From the human T2T-CHM13v2.0 reference genome, Homo sapiens: 64,000 nucleotides of DNA. How positions within the stretch are numbered: the first letter of the stretch is position 1; each line of letters begins with the position of its first letter. Made by a program: the position numbers and the translations under genes. Positions 41,440-56,250 of the stretch are shown piece by piece. The stretch lies in NCBI RefSeq assembly GCF_009914755.1, contig NC_060927.1. One strand, 5' to 3'. A model generated the notes under the pieces. That model searched no databases. It saw nothing but the letters and a program-made list of their open reading frames with translations, and was not told where the DNA came from.

Positions 41440-43281
41440 GATTCCACTTAGGACCTAGAATATTCAGTATTGCCAAATAAAATAATAAAGTCTGATATAA
41501 GAATTTAGCTCTCCACTTTGAAATCAATTATATTGCTTATTTTCCAAAGGGCTTTTATATATTAACTTCCTCTGAAAACAACTCTATCACTTTTACAGTT
41601 TGAAATAATTCCAAATTATCTAATAGTTTACCATATCTTAGTGGTATTTAGTTTTGATTTGTTTTGTTTTTTAAAAAAGCATTTGAAATCCCTAGCACAT
41701 TTAGGTCTACAATTACAAAATATTAGAGCTTTTTATTCAAATTGGCAAAACTGACACAGCTAAAATTAAATCCAAAATTTATAAAATATCAAAATTAATC
41801 AATAAATTAGAAAAATGATATCTCTAATGTAGTGTAAATTCATAATTTTTAAAATACATCTTAATTAGAGTTAGATTGCACACTAAACAAGTTGGATGAT
41901 ACCATAACTAGTTGGAGTCAGGAGTGTAGAAAATTACCCCCAGAACTAAGAGTAAAAGAATTATGAATTGACTCATTTCACTAATCTCACATAGGCTGGG
42001 CCAAACACTAAGATATGAAAGATCAGTATTGTTATGCAAAATAATAAGCCTTCTTAGTAAGTCTGAATACAGCGCTAAAATCTATTTCTCATAAGTGTAG
42101 ACTGATCTTGGCAAATCTAGAGAAATAGACTACCCATAACTAAAATTCAACAAGTCATCACTGGTTTTGTGCCTCGGGGGAACAGAATGAATAAAAGTAA
42201 GATTATCACTTTTAATGGTGAAAAATAAGAGAAAGATTAAAGCTAAGATATTGATATTGATAATAGCATTCTCATTTCAAAAGCATTAATGTGGACCCGA
42301 CTTCAACTTTTCGCTCAAATTTACAAATGAAATTAGGGTTCAAGTATGAACAATTTTTTAACGACTAAGAATGAGGACTTTTCCATAATCTCTCAGCACT
42401 TTGGAATAAAGAATAGATTCACTCTCAGTAATGATTTGCAACTGACATTTTGAGTAGCATAAATTATATTTCACACATAATGAAAATAAATAATGCCTTT
42501 AAAATATAAATGATAAGTGTCATTTTATGGTCTCAGAAATCCTGTATGTTCTGTTTTCCCTACATGTTAGGGGGAAATTATGAATGATCTACTCTTTACC
42601 TTCAATCTCTTTCACACTCTTCATACCTTTTGTCTTATGTAAAATCTGGTTAACTTGAGAGAACACGGGGCGACTCTCACTGCTTCAGTTTTCCAGTGCT
42701 AGAAGGAGTGCTAACATTTTCTTCTTGATCTCACAGGGACTTTTAGTTCATTAATCTATACTTTTGAGAAAAAACTGTCCCCTCTTTAGAGCTCAAGCCA
42801 TTCATATATACAACTGGCTATGCCATTTCATCATTTTCAGCCACCACCTTTGTTGAATCAGAATTTGGATAATTCAGTCTCAAACATCCTCCGCATGACC
42901 TCCCAAATTGGACCAACATCTTGGGCTAGCTTAACATCTATACAGACGAGGCATGCAAACTTACAGCTTTTTTAAAAGATCTTTTATAATAAATTTAATC
43001 TCCTCTATTGCAGCTTTGTCTTCTATTGTCCACATACCATGAACCTTGACCAATACTGGGGACTGTTGGAGTCCTAAAACATAATCTCTCAGGTCTCTCT
43101 CAGATGTCTGACAGCTTTGTTTTCTAACTTTCTTGTTCTTCTTATACCTGGTGTCAGGACACCAAAAGTTACCAACACATCCAGGTCTTAGACCTCACTC
43201 CACCCCACCTTTGCTTTTATCATTTATCTCCTAGACTTACAGCTTTTCCTGTGCAGCTTAGAACTTTTGGTCCATTGCTTT

Positions 43282-43579
43282 CATTATTTTTTATTTTTTA
43301 ATTTTTGTGGATACATAGTAGGTACATATATATATATTTATGGAGTATATTATATATTTTGATACAGGCATACAATGTATAATAATTACATTAGAGTACA
43401 TGAGATATTCATCACTTCAAGCATTTATCCTTTGTGTTACAAACAATCCAGTTATACTCTCTTAGTTATTTTTGAACGTACAATTGAATTATTATTCAAT
43501 ACCATCACCCTGTGGTGCTATCAAATACTAGGTCTTACTCATGCTTACTAACAATTTTTTGTACCATTAACCATCTCCC
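43282..43579 (-). mobile_element. L1MA1/2-type 3' end fragment
   Basis: TTTTTGTGGATACATAGTAGG...TTTTGATACAGGCAT...CAAGCATTTATCCTTTGTGTTACAAACAATCCA; TSD TGGT(C/T)CATTGCTTT. Confidence 0.9.
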
Positions 43580-43599
43580 TGGTTCATTGCTTTTAATAT

Positions 43600-44137
43600 T
43601 TGTATCAGTAAAGACATTCAGCTCCAGATTGCCAACACTCCCTACTAAGAAAAAGGTATTATCTCATAAAACAGAAAGTCCCAAGGTAAGGAAGCTCCAA
43701 GACTTGTCCATTCTCCAAGTCAGCCATGTCCTTTAGGACCCAAGTTCCTTCATATTTCCACTGTCCAATATTCACATTTTGCATTTGATTCCCTTTTATG
43801 GTTGACAGACAGCTGCTGTAATTCTAGGTCACATATGTAGACCTAATTCCAAGGGATGGGGCAGGGAAGGAAAATGCCATTTAACCTTATAAAGTAGTCC
43901 CCCCATCAGACTTGTCTTCATATTTCATTGCAAGGAAGGGGTCAAGCATCACTTTTGAAACCAGTTATTGTTAAGGAAATAGGATAACACAAATAGGGAT
44001 TTACCCTAGAGCTAGCGAGAGGATGGATCTTCCCTCAGTCTCGTGGAGGAGACACAGAAAGACCAGATCAAACCTGAGGCCCTGCCAGTGAGAACAAAGA
44101 GAATTCCTGGCAGACAGACAACCAGAAGTGTCTACTT
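43600..44137 (-). mobile_element. MLT1K/L-like (ERVL-MaLR) LTR relic
   Basis: GGACCCAAGTTCCTTC, CAGACTTGTCTTCATATTTCATTG, terminal CAGACAACCAGAAGTGTCTACT. Confidence 0.65.
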
Positions 44138-44619
44138 CTCTACTTTTTTGGCAATATTCATTTTCCTATTGCCATGCTTGCTTCCTACGTGTTGTTGTCA
44201 TAGGTACACTATAGGGTTAGGAGAGAATCAGAAGTATTATAATTTTCATGGTTTCTAAGATCCTCCTCTCTCCTATAGATTAAAATAGGAATTCATGCCA
44301 ATTTGCTAAATTGTCTAATAAAAAGAGCAGTAAGGCATGGCAAAAAATGTCCTTTGCTTCAAATAAAACAACAAAATCTTCTCTCTCATAATTTAAGCTG
44401 TGATACTGACACTTCTGCCCTTGGGAAAGCCACCAAGTTTAAAAACCAATATGCAGAGAATGGATATATCCTGAATCTAATAAAGTTCAAGCTTTAAAAA
44501 CCTTCGCTGAGACAGGCTTCGTCGATACCCTCTGATTATGCATTCTGGTATTACATTATTTTTTAAAAAGAGACTGAAATTTTTATGAGCTTCAGACTCC
44601 TAAAAATTCGTATCTGTGT

Positions 44620-44810
44620 CTGCTGATACATCAACCTTTACTGTCTGTGTGCTATTGAGCTTGTCACTTACCTCTCTATACATCCATTTCTTTATCCTAA
44701 AAATTGGTTTAATAGAAGGAGCCCTACCTTTCTTGCACAACTGTGATAAGGATCAGAAATGCATGCATAAAAGTGCTACATAGCAATGTTCCGTGTAATT
44801 ATGATAATCA
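44620..44810 (+). mobile_element. MIR relic
   Basis: TGTGTGCTATTGAGCTTGTCACTTACCTCTCT...TTTCTTTATCCTAAAAATTGG...GATAAGGATCA. Confidence 0.6.
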
Positions 44811-45794
44811 TCGATATCCAGTGTTCTCTTGTGGCTGCTATTTTCCAGTGAGAGGCTGCTGTTGCATCTGCTCCTGCCAGTTTGTCTCCAGGATATGACA
44901 AGAGCTAAGCTCAAAATGAGCTGAGCCATCCCTGATTGCTGTCCAGAATACTCATTCAGCTGCAGGTGTTTTCCAGCCATCCACTGTGATGTTACATTGC
45001 TTCAGGCTGTGCTACAGGGGACCCTCATAGGGTTTCATCTGCCTGGCATGTGCTCCACTCCTTTCTAACCCTGGGGAGTTGACTTTCATGTAGGATGGTT
45101 TCAACTTCTCAGGATGGCATGAGTCCTGGGACCTCATTGTGGGGAACTATGCCCTACCATCTGGTGTGAAGCGTGGTACTAAAAGATGCTGATAGAATTT
45201 GTCTTATAATTGAATGTGGTGATGGTAGGTGTCATTTCTATAAACAAGACCAGACAGCACAATAGCTTTGTAGACTTTAATTTTGATCTGGAATGTGCTT
45301 CTTTGTTTTCATCATCCTGTCATTCTTGCAACTGTTATGAGTTTTAAAACATGATTTATTACTTTACCTACTAATGTGCCATTATTAGATAGTGAGCTGC
45401 TGAAGTAGCCGAATTGGGTAACAAGCAATTTCACAAGTAATTATGCAGTCAGGGGTTGAGTGCTGCAAGAATTGGATGGACAATAGCAAGTAGAAAGCTA
45501 TCAAGGGGTACAGGAATGAGCAGCCTGTGTTTCAATAAAAAGGATTATATCTGTCTTGACCATTGCCACAGCATTGATGAAAATCACGTACTCCATCCAG
45601 GACAAATCCCACAGTCGCCTCACTTTCCTTCTCTCAACATTTTATATCAATTAAAACAAATTTAAATTAATAGTTATAATGACTGCTATCTATTGAGCAT
45701 TTATAATATCCTCTTGTATATTTTCATATTTAATCCTTATAATCACATTATAAAATAAGTAATAAATCAACTTTCTATATTGGAAACAGTCTTT

Positions 45795-46156
45795 ACCTAG
45801 ACACAGTGGCTCATGCCTGTAATCACAGCACTTTGGAAGGCGAAGGTGGGAGGATCACTTGTGCTCAGGAGTTTGAGACCAGCCTGGGCAACAGAGTAGA
45901 ACCTCCTCTCTACTAAAAATAAAATCAAATAAATCCAGGCATTGTGGCAAGTGCCTGTAGTCCCAGTGGTCCCAAGTAGTCCCAGCTACTTGGCAGGCTG
46001 AGGCAGGAGGGTCACTTGAGCTGAGAGAGGGAGGTAGCAGTGAGCAGTGATCTTGCCACTGTACTCCAGCCTGGGTGACAGAGTGAGACAACAACAACAA
46101 CAAAACAAAACCAAAAAAAAAAAAGAAAGAAAGAAAGAGAAAGGGAAAGGAAAGGA
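45795..46156 (+). mobile_element. AluJ with (CAA)n/(GAAA)n tail
   Basis: GGAGGATCACTTG.GCTCAGGAG; small internal duplication GTAGTCCCAG..GTAGTCCCAG. Confidence 0.92.
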
Positions 46157-47094
46157 ACAGAGTCTTAAATTTGCTAAGTTAACATCAATTAGAACTAATA
46201 ATTCATGGAGTTGTAATACAAATACGAGTTCATTAAATCTCAAAAACTTCATTTTAATTCCTTGTTTTTAACAAAGAATGCATAGCAGAATCTCCTGCAG
46301 AATTAAAAGATAGCGATATCTGTCAAATTCACTAATTTGGCCTTAGAATTTGGTTCCTTCATTTTAAAATTATTCTCTGAGTAATTCTGATAAACACTTT
46401 TAATTGGAACCTTCTGATTATACTTAGCCTTACAAGAATAATCATAAAATGCCACCTAAGTGATGACAAGTAGGAGAAAATAAATGTGCTAAATGTGGGT
46501 CTAATTGCAGGTACATGATCCAACAATTTTGCTTTCCTGTTAAAATATGGCAGATCAAGGTTCTTCCCTCTGCCCTGAGTGACAAATAAGCCATCAATAG
46601 CAATTGTGTTAATGACTGAACCCTAGGGTACGGACATCAAATAGAGTCTAACACACAAATGCTAAAGATATGCTAAATTTTAGATTGGGAGGTAGAGGAG
46701 AAGTAGAAACTGAAAATAATAAGATATTTAGTTTTTTTTTTTAATTTTGAGATAGTTTTGGCCATATGAATGTGTCAACTGATATTCAGATATAAAATAT
46801 TATTTTTCCTAAACACAGGCAATTTTCTATGACCGAAAAGACTAAATCATTGAAATGTATTTTTCTTCAAAGAAGCACTGAATTATTTTAAAATATTTAA
46901 ATTTAAAGTATATTGACTGTAGAATTGTTTTTAACTAGATCCTCATCTAAAAAAATGAGAATCATGTTAATTAACTTTGTGACTTTTAAAAAGTTAAGAT
47001 TTGGTCAAATCATTTCATATCATCAAAGACCTACACTTTATTTTTAATCGTAAATTCACAAAAACACAGCAAATAAAAATACAATGGGAGGTCA

Positions 47095-47350
47095 TATGGT
47101 ACACTGGCTAAGAGCATGGATTTTGAAATCCTACTGTCTGGGCTGGATCCTGGCTCTTATCTGAGCTAGCTGTGTTACCCTGGGTAGGTCACTTAGCCTC
47201 TCTTTATCTCAATATCCCTATCAATATAATGGACACAATAATCATAATGCTTACTTCATTGGATTACTATGAGAATCACATAAAATTAAAATATGTAAAA
47301 TAGAACAGAGCTCAATGCATAGTAACACTATATAAATGTTTACTATAACC
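47095..47350 (+). mobile_element. MIR
   Basis: TGGCTAAGAGCATGGATTTTG...AGCTGTGTTACCCTGGGTAGGTCACTTAGCCTCTCT...GGATTACTATGAGAAT. Confidence 0.85.
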
Positions 47351-47552
47351 ACTGTTGTCTTATTTTAAATTTTTAAAACTTCAATTTCTAATAGTGGTGT
47401 ATGGGACCTTGGAGTTGGAAGGGGGCCCTTATTTTACAAGCAAGAAAAGAAAAGCCTAGGTGACTTTCTAAGGCAAGTTACAAGGCATACTAACAACCAG
47501 GATGTAGAGTGTTGAATGGAGCACAACAGCTGTTCTGTGGCTATGACAGTCT

Positions 47553-47857
47553 TTATTTATTTATTTATTTTGAGGCAGGACCTCACTTTGTCACCCAGAC
47601 TGGAGTGCATTGGTGTGATCTCAGCTCACTGCAGCCCTGCAGCCTCAACTTCCTGGATTCTCCCACCTCAGCCATGTGCTACCGAGTAGCTAGGACTGCA
47701 GGCATGTACCATCATGCCTGGCTAATTTTTGTATTTTAATAAAGACAGAGTTTTGCCATATTGCCCAGGCTGGTCTCAAGCTCCTGGGCTCAAGCAATCT
47801 GCCTGCCTCAGCCTCCCAAAATGCTGGGATTACATGTGTGAACCACCGTACCTAGCC
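47553..47857 (-). mobile_element. AluJ
   Basis: CTCCTGGGCTCAAGCAATC; exact TSD ATGACAGTCTTTA. Confidence 0.94.
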
Positions 47858-48959
47858 GCAATGACAGTCTTTACCAGTAATTGCATTCTGGGAGTTTTAA
47901 AACAAAGTAACTCCAAATGATTCATTTCAAATAATTTCAGAAATGTATCTTATAAGCAGCCTAGTACTTGTAATTACATTTAACAGAAAATAATTCATAC
48001 TAAAAATGATTTAACTGAAATTATGTCATGTGTTCAAGTTATTGATATATCACTGATATTTTCCTTGCAGAAAAAAAAATTTGGCCTGTAAAAAGATAGC
48101 ATTCCCTTCCAATACCTACCCTAGATAATACTGTACTGATCTAACCTTATTCTCCAACTACAAAGTTGATCAATTACACAAGAAAACAATGAAACATAAT
48201 AAAAGTCAGAGCACCAACTCATACCCCAGGCATCCATTTAATTATCTCCATTAGTAAATATGAAGCTATTTCTCAAAGGAGATAATGGATTCTTTCTTAA
48301 TACAATCTCAAGAAACAAAATTACGGCCTCCCCCTCCCATAACAGAAAATGTGTAACACCCTGGTTTATATTTCTTGATAAAAAACTTTTTAAAACTTCA
48401 TACCCTTAAGGGACAGCTTTGCATACAGGAACAACACTAAGAAAGGGAACCAGATGCCATCTTTATTGAGATCTCAAAGAACAGCATCCTATGGGAAGAC
48501 AGAAGAAAATGCCAAGGTCGCTTCCTTCAGGTAATGCAACACTTTCTTGTGAGAGGCACAACGGTAAACATGAAGATGATTGATAACTTCTTTTAAGACA
48601 TATAAAAGGGAGTTATAACACAGAAGTACAATCCTGAACCAAAAAAGAAGAAAAGCCAATTTATAGCTACGGAGGCATGTTTAAAAGTGCTACACAGAAA
48701 ATTTCTTTGAGTCTATGTTTTTGCAAATGGGAGAGGATTTTCAAGTCAGCTCATGTGGAAGATACACTTCATTGCCAAAGGGAATAGTGGGACAGGCACC
48801 AGGAAATACCCTAAGGAACTGGGAAGGAGATACATGGTCCCAGAGCAGAACTTTGACCCTACTGAAAAGGAAGGAAAAGGCATTCCTGACGAGCAACCTC
48901 CTTTAATGCTTTAATGGAGCCAAGTTTAACCTGAATTTCAAATTCTTGAGATAGACTTT

Positions 48960-49207
48960 AACACAACAGACTGTCTAGGTTTGAATCCCAGTTCTGCCAC
49001 TTTTTAGCAAAGTGATCTGGAGCAGGTTACACTACCTCCCTCCATCTTATGATTATTATTATCCACATTTGGTATGAAATGTGGATAATAATAATAGTAG
49101 CTACCTCACATGGTACTCATAAAGATTAAATAAAGTAATTTAGGTACAGTGAGATAAGGCTTGCCTTCCAGCAGATATTCAATATGTGTTGGCCATTATT
49201 ATTATTT
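48960..49207 (+). mobile_element. MIR
   Basis: CAGACTGTCTAGGTTTGAATCCCAGTTCTGCCACTT...GGATAATAATAGTAGCTACCTCA...GATTAAAT. Confidence 0.85.
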
Positions 49208-49439
49208 CTCTAATCATTAGAGAAAAGAATAACAAATAATAAGAAATATCTGCCTACAGTTAAAGAGACATTTCCTTTAGTCACCTCTGGCTAAAAAAAA
49301 AATTAAATAAAAAAGACTAATGAAAGCCTGAAATTCAATACCAGAACCGCATGCAGTACTGTTGGTTCATATCCACATGCACACACATTCTTTGCTTGGG
49401 TCTACAGTGCAACATACTACAACCAAACATAGAACTTAG

Positions 49440-50290
49440 ATATTTCCAAGCCATTTGATGTAAGAGCCAGCTGGAAATCCTCATTTCAATGTTCCACAAG
49501 TATCTTAAACTCATTATACCCAAAACTGAACTGATCATTTTCACCCTCCTCTACTACTACTTCCCCTAACTTCCCCTAATTCCGTGGTGCCACATCCTGT
49601 TCTCTACCAATTTACTTTCAAGTCTCTTCAATCTACCATCAAGTCCTGACAATCTTAATTTTAATCTAGTTCTCAATTTGTTCACTTTGCTAAAGCTCTT
49701 CCTTCCTTTCTCCTGACTGGGTTATAGCAACTAACTCCCTGTGTCTCTAAACTTTCACCTCTTTAATTTCTCCTTCTCTCTGCAACATGAGTGTTCTGTC
49801 TAATGAATCTTTGAAAACTGTCACTACCTTGGTCAAAATCCAAATGGCTTTTCATCTCCTTCAGAAAAAAGTTATCTTTAGCATAGTTATGATTTGTAAT
49901 TTGACCCTTTGTCTTCCAACCTCGTCTCTCATCTTTCTATCTCTTGTACTCGAATCTCTCCAACATCTGACCTACTTTTCACCTCATGTATTTCTTTTGC
50001 TTAGCTAGCTCCTACTTAGTCTTTGGCTACAGCTTCTATATCTCTTCCTCTTGAAGATTTTCTAACTTTCTAAAACTTTCAGACAGGTGCCCCTTCTGTT
50101 GTGCTCTGGTAACAACCTATATTTCCCTTCCTAAACTATAACTAGCCATCGTACCTGCATGTTTAAATGAGTGTACCATGACACTAAAAGTTTTCATAAG
50201 TTAGGGACATTGTCATTGTTCATTGGTATATTCCTAACTCCTAGTCTAATGCCAGTCACACTGTAAAATGTAGAACAACTATCAGATTGC
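49440..50290 (+). mobile_element. L2 relic
   Basis: CTTAAACTCATTATACCCAAAACTGAACTGATCAT...TAGGGACATTGTCATTGTTCATTGGTATATTCCTAACTCCTAG. Confidence 0.65.
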
Positions 50291-51087
50291 ACTTGTTTAC
50301 ATTACTTGGTATTGGCTCAGTTATTTTGAATTAGTCCTCCTTTATCTTCATGTTAATACACAGTATTGTTATGAACGAACGTATGAAATGGGAAGGCTCT
50401 ACTGTCAACTGCACTTAAGGCTCAGGTACCCATCACAGGTGTAACAGAGGAGCAGCACCCTTTATAGCTGTACCTTAGCTAGTCATCTTCCAGCCTGCTT
50501 CTGAGACATGATTACCCAAATGCAAGACCGAGTATGTCCCAAGAGGATATTTAATTAATCAAAAATAATGAGAGAACATTCTTTAGCCACTTTTCAATAA
50601 GCAGAGGGTTTTTTTCTTGTATGTGTCGGGGATGGGTGTGGTACTGATGACAACAGTAATTAAGTAATTTTTGGTATAATGAAATGCTTGATTCTACACC
50701 AAAATGGAACAGTTTTCAGTTTTTTCTAAAGACCACTATTATGACAAATTATAACCATAGCTTAGAAATATGGTAATAAAATAACCCTGAAAATCAGATA
50801 TTTATTTTCAAATCATGGAATATCTGGGATGATATTACAAAATAAAACAAAAGGTGACCTGTTTGTATATATAATGACTGTTCTTTATGATATGAGGAAA
50901 CAGGGAACAGCAATGTAATATGCTATCAGGTATTAGATATTTTACTTTTTCCCTCCATAAAGGTATGAAGTAATCTAAATCCACCACAACTGTTGAGAAA
51001 TGCATGCTATTTTCCTCACATTTTGCACACAAAATTCAGTATAAAGAAGATATTTTATTTAGAAAACACACTATAAAGTTCATATGG

Positions 51088-51861
51088 GTACAGGTGAAAC
51101 TATTCATGGGAATTTATTTAGTAGTTATTTGGAGGTAAGACGTGATGGGGACTTTTCAAGTACAGAATATAGTGTATTATCATTTCAGTAACTGTTACAC
51201 TTAAATAAAATGGCTTTTCTTGAGGAAAACATACTACTGTAGCAAAAAGCTACTTTTCTGAATGGCTAATTAATAAGCCCTGCATATAATATTTTCACTG
51301 AAGTGTCAAATAAGCATGGTAGAGCAGATGCATCAAATACCTAAAATTACTAAGTAGTATGGATAAAATTTGATGCTATCAGAATTTTTGAGTGATTCAT
51401 ACTTTATTTACTCTGCATTTACTTACCAAAGCCACAAGCTTAATAGTTCTGTTTATAAAAACAATGTCAGGCAAGCTGAATGTGAAGAACAAATATATGT
51501 GAACTCATTTTTAACTTGTGGATGCATGCATGCACACACATCTTTTTATTATCAGCATGCTCCCAAATTAAAATTGTTACCACATGCTAAGTAAACTTTT
51601 TCAGATGTTCAACAAAAGAGATCAAAAGAGATTTCATCATATATTTTTAGATCTCTGACTAGGCAAACATATAGGAACACAGACATGTCAAAACATCAAG
51701 TAATCCAAAGGTACAACAATTTGGAAATTTTCAGTTCAAGGAAACTTCCATGAAGAGTAGTTTAGTGTACTTTCATACTTTCCTATCTGACAATGTACAG
51801 GTGAAGCTATTCATGGGAATTTATTTAGTAGTTACTTGGAGGTAAGATGTGAATGGCGACT
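51088..51861 (+). repeat. Dispersed direct repeat of ~66 bp (51088-51153 and 51795-51861)
   Basis: GTACAGGTGAA(A/G)CTATTCATGGGAATTTATTTAGTAGTTA(T/C)TTGGAGGTAAGA(C/T)GTGA(A)TGG(G/C)GACT twice. Confidence 0.93.
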
Positions 51862-52280
51862 AAGATGAAGGATAGACCATCAATAAGCTGGGAAGAGACA
51901 TTTAGCTTTCCAGAAAGATAGAAAAATTACAAAACAAAGCATGCAGGTGGAAAGAAACATGTTATATTTGGGGCCATGAGAAGAATCAGCTTGGATGATT
52001 TTATACTGGAGTTGAGAGTGATGATATGATAGATTATTATCATATAGTGGGTTCCAATGATGGTCCTGGAATTCTTCTCTTTGATTGCTACAAATTCGCA
52101 CAGCTTTTCTTAAACCCCTTTTGTAGGTGGGAGAAACATAAAGCATGTATGGAATCCATTCTTTGGTGGATAAAACCAATCAATTTTACTGTGTGTTCCA
52201 TTTTGACTTTAAACACTCAGTACCATAACTGAGTTTTGGCCTGCTTTTATATTCAAGCTTATGTCCTACTCTAGTTTTAG

Positions 52281-52615
<335 letters not shown>

Positions 52616-53497
52616 CTACTCTACCATTTTTGAATACTTTGCTTGTTTTTTTCTGCCTCTATCTGGGTCCTGGTCTTCCTTTTTCTAATCTACTGGATTT
52701 CCTCCACCTACTGCGTCTATGATTGGATTATCATTTCCTTCACTCAAGATTTTCTTGTGCTACTTCTACCTCCTTGGCTCCCCAGTGGGACTCTCCTAAT
52801 GCCATGAATCACTTGCCTCAGGAACTACTCTGAGTCACTTATCCAGACTCAGTTTTATTTTCTGCTCAAGGATTCACCCTTATCATATTATTATGCCCTG
52901 TTGAGCTTGTCTAGGATTCAAGTCATGGTCACCCCAGTCTGAAAGCTTGGGGCAACAATTCAGTCCAGTACCTCCTTACAGGGCCTCATGACACATTGTA
53001 TAATTGGTTTTAAAGTAGACATTCTGGACAGATGTTTTGCTCACAGTAAAAATGTGCTGCTCACGTTCCTAGAGGATTTTATCATGGCATTCTAATGACT
53101 GTCATTGATAGTTCTCATTTATCTTCAAGGTGGGGTATATTTTGCTTCTTTTTCTATTAAAATGTATTTTAAAATTCTGCATATTTGGGGGATAAAAGTA
53201 GATTTAGAAAGCAGCCCAGAAACGAAAAAATAACAACAAGATAACTAAGGTATTTACCAAGATCTGATCACTGGTAATCAAGAAAATAGTGATGAATTTC
53301 TGATCCCTTATTAAATTCATAAAAGAATTGGCCTAATTATAAAATAGAAGACGAGTAATGAACAATTTTAATGTGTATGCTCAGGAAAGTTAAGCTGCAA
53401 TGAAAAGGGACTCCCCAAATCTCCCTGCCCTCACTGTCAGAATAGGATGACTTACCCTCACCCGTAATACTAAAAATAATACTATCCACAGTTGTGA

Positions 53498-53830
<333 letters not shown>

Positions 53831-55674
53831 TAAATGAAATTTTTAAAAAATGATTTCAATTCAGATAAAAGTTGAGGGGCTCTAATCAAGGAAATATAAA
53901 ATAGTTCACCAATAGGATAAATACGGATAATCTTAATAATCTATGCTCTTTCACAGGCTGAATTCCACACCACTTCAGGTGGCAAACATAGAGTTCATTA
54001 TTTTATTCACTTGAACACAAAGTTAGAGCACTTATTATTGTGTGACAGGATATAGACAATATCTAATAATAGACAATCCACCTCGGGCTTAGGGCTCATA
54101 AAATATAGATCCAGAACATATTATTAAAGAAAGTTAAGAATTTTCCAGTCTATTTGTCATAAAAGGTCATTGATGTATTGCCATAGAAAGGATTCTGGAT
54201 CGGATGAATTAGTCCTTAACATTTCTGTTCTTTTTGCTAAAACTCTGTTCAAGGCATATTCGATTATGAAATAATTTTGAAAGATTAAAAATATAGGATA
54301 CTTTGTTCATCTTTTTAATCCGGAACCTATTACATCTTTTTAGACATAATTTCTAGACATTTAATGCTTCAATATACAAAAGCTTATATAAAAATATTAA
54401 TATCAAAGTCTAAAATTCCAATATTATCTTCTCTATTAATTCTCCTTACACTTCTATCCTAATTCTGCCACTAAAAAATACACAGACATAAAATGAAAAT
54501 GTCATATTTGGGCTACAAATTTTTAAATAGAAAAAATATAATTGCTGTAAATGGGTTATAGAAAATATAAATGCAAAACAAGTAGCTAATTGTAGATAAT
54601 TAGGTAGCAAATATAAAACTCATTCAGAGTTGTAAATATAACATGGGGTACTTTCTATAAGTTATTTGTTTAACAAATAAGTGTTTTTAACTAATTTATA
54701 TTTTCATACGATTATAACAAATAGTAATACAACTCATTTGAACATGGAATGCCTCTAAATAATTTACAAACAGGGATATTCTGAAAACATTTTGTGGGAC
54801 ATTTACAAATGTGATATATAAGGCATGACAAAAACAAGAACAGGAAACACTTCCTGTGGATTTGTGACAATTTTGTAGGGCTTGTTGTCCCTGTAGTAAT
54901 CAATGTATTTGCTTTTTAGTGTGATTATATTAAAATACATTTAAAAGAGATTTTTCCCATACTGATCTTTTCCCTTAAAGAGGTCTTATGAATGTTAAGT
55001 CCTTCCAAAGAGAAAGCAGCTTTTCTGGTCTTTATTTCCATTACTATGCAATTAACATCAGATGATTCAACAGGCTAGGAAGTTATACTAAGAAGAGATT
55101 TTGCATGAGAAGCAGAAAAGTTACACAGACATTGAAGGGTGTCAGCTGAATTTAAAAGACTTTCTTCATTAGATAACTCCTCTAGCTAATTTTCTACAAA
55201 AGCATGCTTTCTATATCAAACTAATTTTACAATCTCTTTCTGAAGAACATTCCCACAGTGATACAACACATTGATCCTTGGGAAACTAGTTGCAAGAACA
55301 TAAACACAAAGGGGCTTTCCAGATTTAACTATTCACATTTTAAAATAAACACAAACTAGACATGAAAATCTTTAGCACATGAAGGAGCATGTTTCATTCT
55401 TAATCATTAGAAGACAATGCAAAACTGAAATATCTCTGTACTAAGTTGAAGCAAGAATACTCCAAATATGTAACCAAGATACATCTAAAAGGTTGGTCAG
55501 GGCCATTAAACTAGTACAAAAACAAAACAAAACAAAAACACATGATAATTCTGAGATATACCTGAATTCTCTTTGCTGAGACTACTTAGTTAATTTTTCT
55601 TCCATAAGTATGTGATTTCAATCCCACATAAGACTTTTCTGGAGAGAATGCTATAGAAGGAGCCTGCGGTCTAG

Positions 55675-55712
<38 letters not shown>
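55675..55712. repeat. (CAT)12 microsatellite abutting a MIR relic
   Basis: 12 perfect CAT units. Confidence 0.92.
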
Positions 55713-56049
55713 ATAACATTATCAACAATAAGACTTTACATTTTAAAGAATTTACAAAGTTGTTTCAAAATCATCCCTTTTAAGTTATAATGTCTCTATA
55801 AGTAGAGAGATCATATATATGTTCTTACTTTGTAAATATAAAAACTGAACTACAGAAAAGGTATACACATTTGTCATGATGACTTGACCAAAGAGACATA
55901 GCCAGTAAGTATTCTGAATGATACTGCCTTCAATAAGGGCTAGTTTCACTCCATATTAGGAAGTATTTATATTGTAACTTTATTGAAAAGAAACGAGTAC
56001 TCTCCGATCTGTGCAATCATCTAACTCCAATGGGAGAAAATTTGCCATT

Positions 56050-56250
56050 GTAGATAAAACATGGGCTCGTGCATCAGACTTACTTGGGTTGAAATTCCCA
56101 CTTCACTTACTGGCTGTGTATTTTTGGCAAACTAATCAACCTGCCTGATCTTAAGCTTCTCCATCTGCAAACAGGAAACAATGTCTCTCTTTCTCTTCCT
56201 CATAGGGTTGCTGTGAAGACTATATGACAAGGGTTCAATGCAATGTCTAG
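56050..56250 (+). mobile_element. MIR
   Basis: CACTTACTGGCTGTGTATTTTTGGCAAAC...CATCTGCAAA...CTCATAGGGTTGCTGTGAAGA. Confidence 0.8.

Noticed and set aside
55951-55964. CCATATTAGG, identical to the c-fos SRE CArG box, overlapping AGGAAGT
   Set aside because: Several CC(A/T)6GG matches are expected by chance in 64 kb of AT-rich DNA, and it sits at the edge of MIR relics
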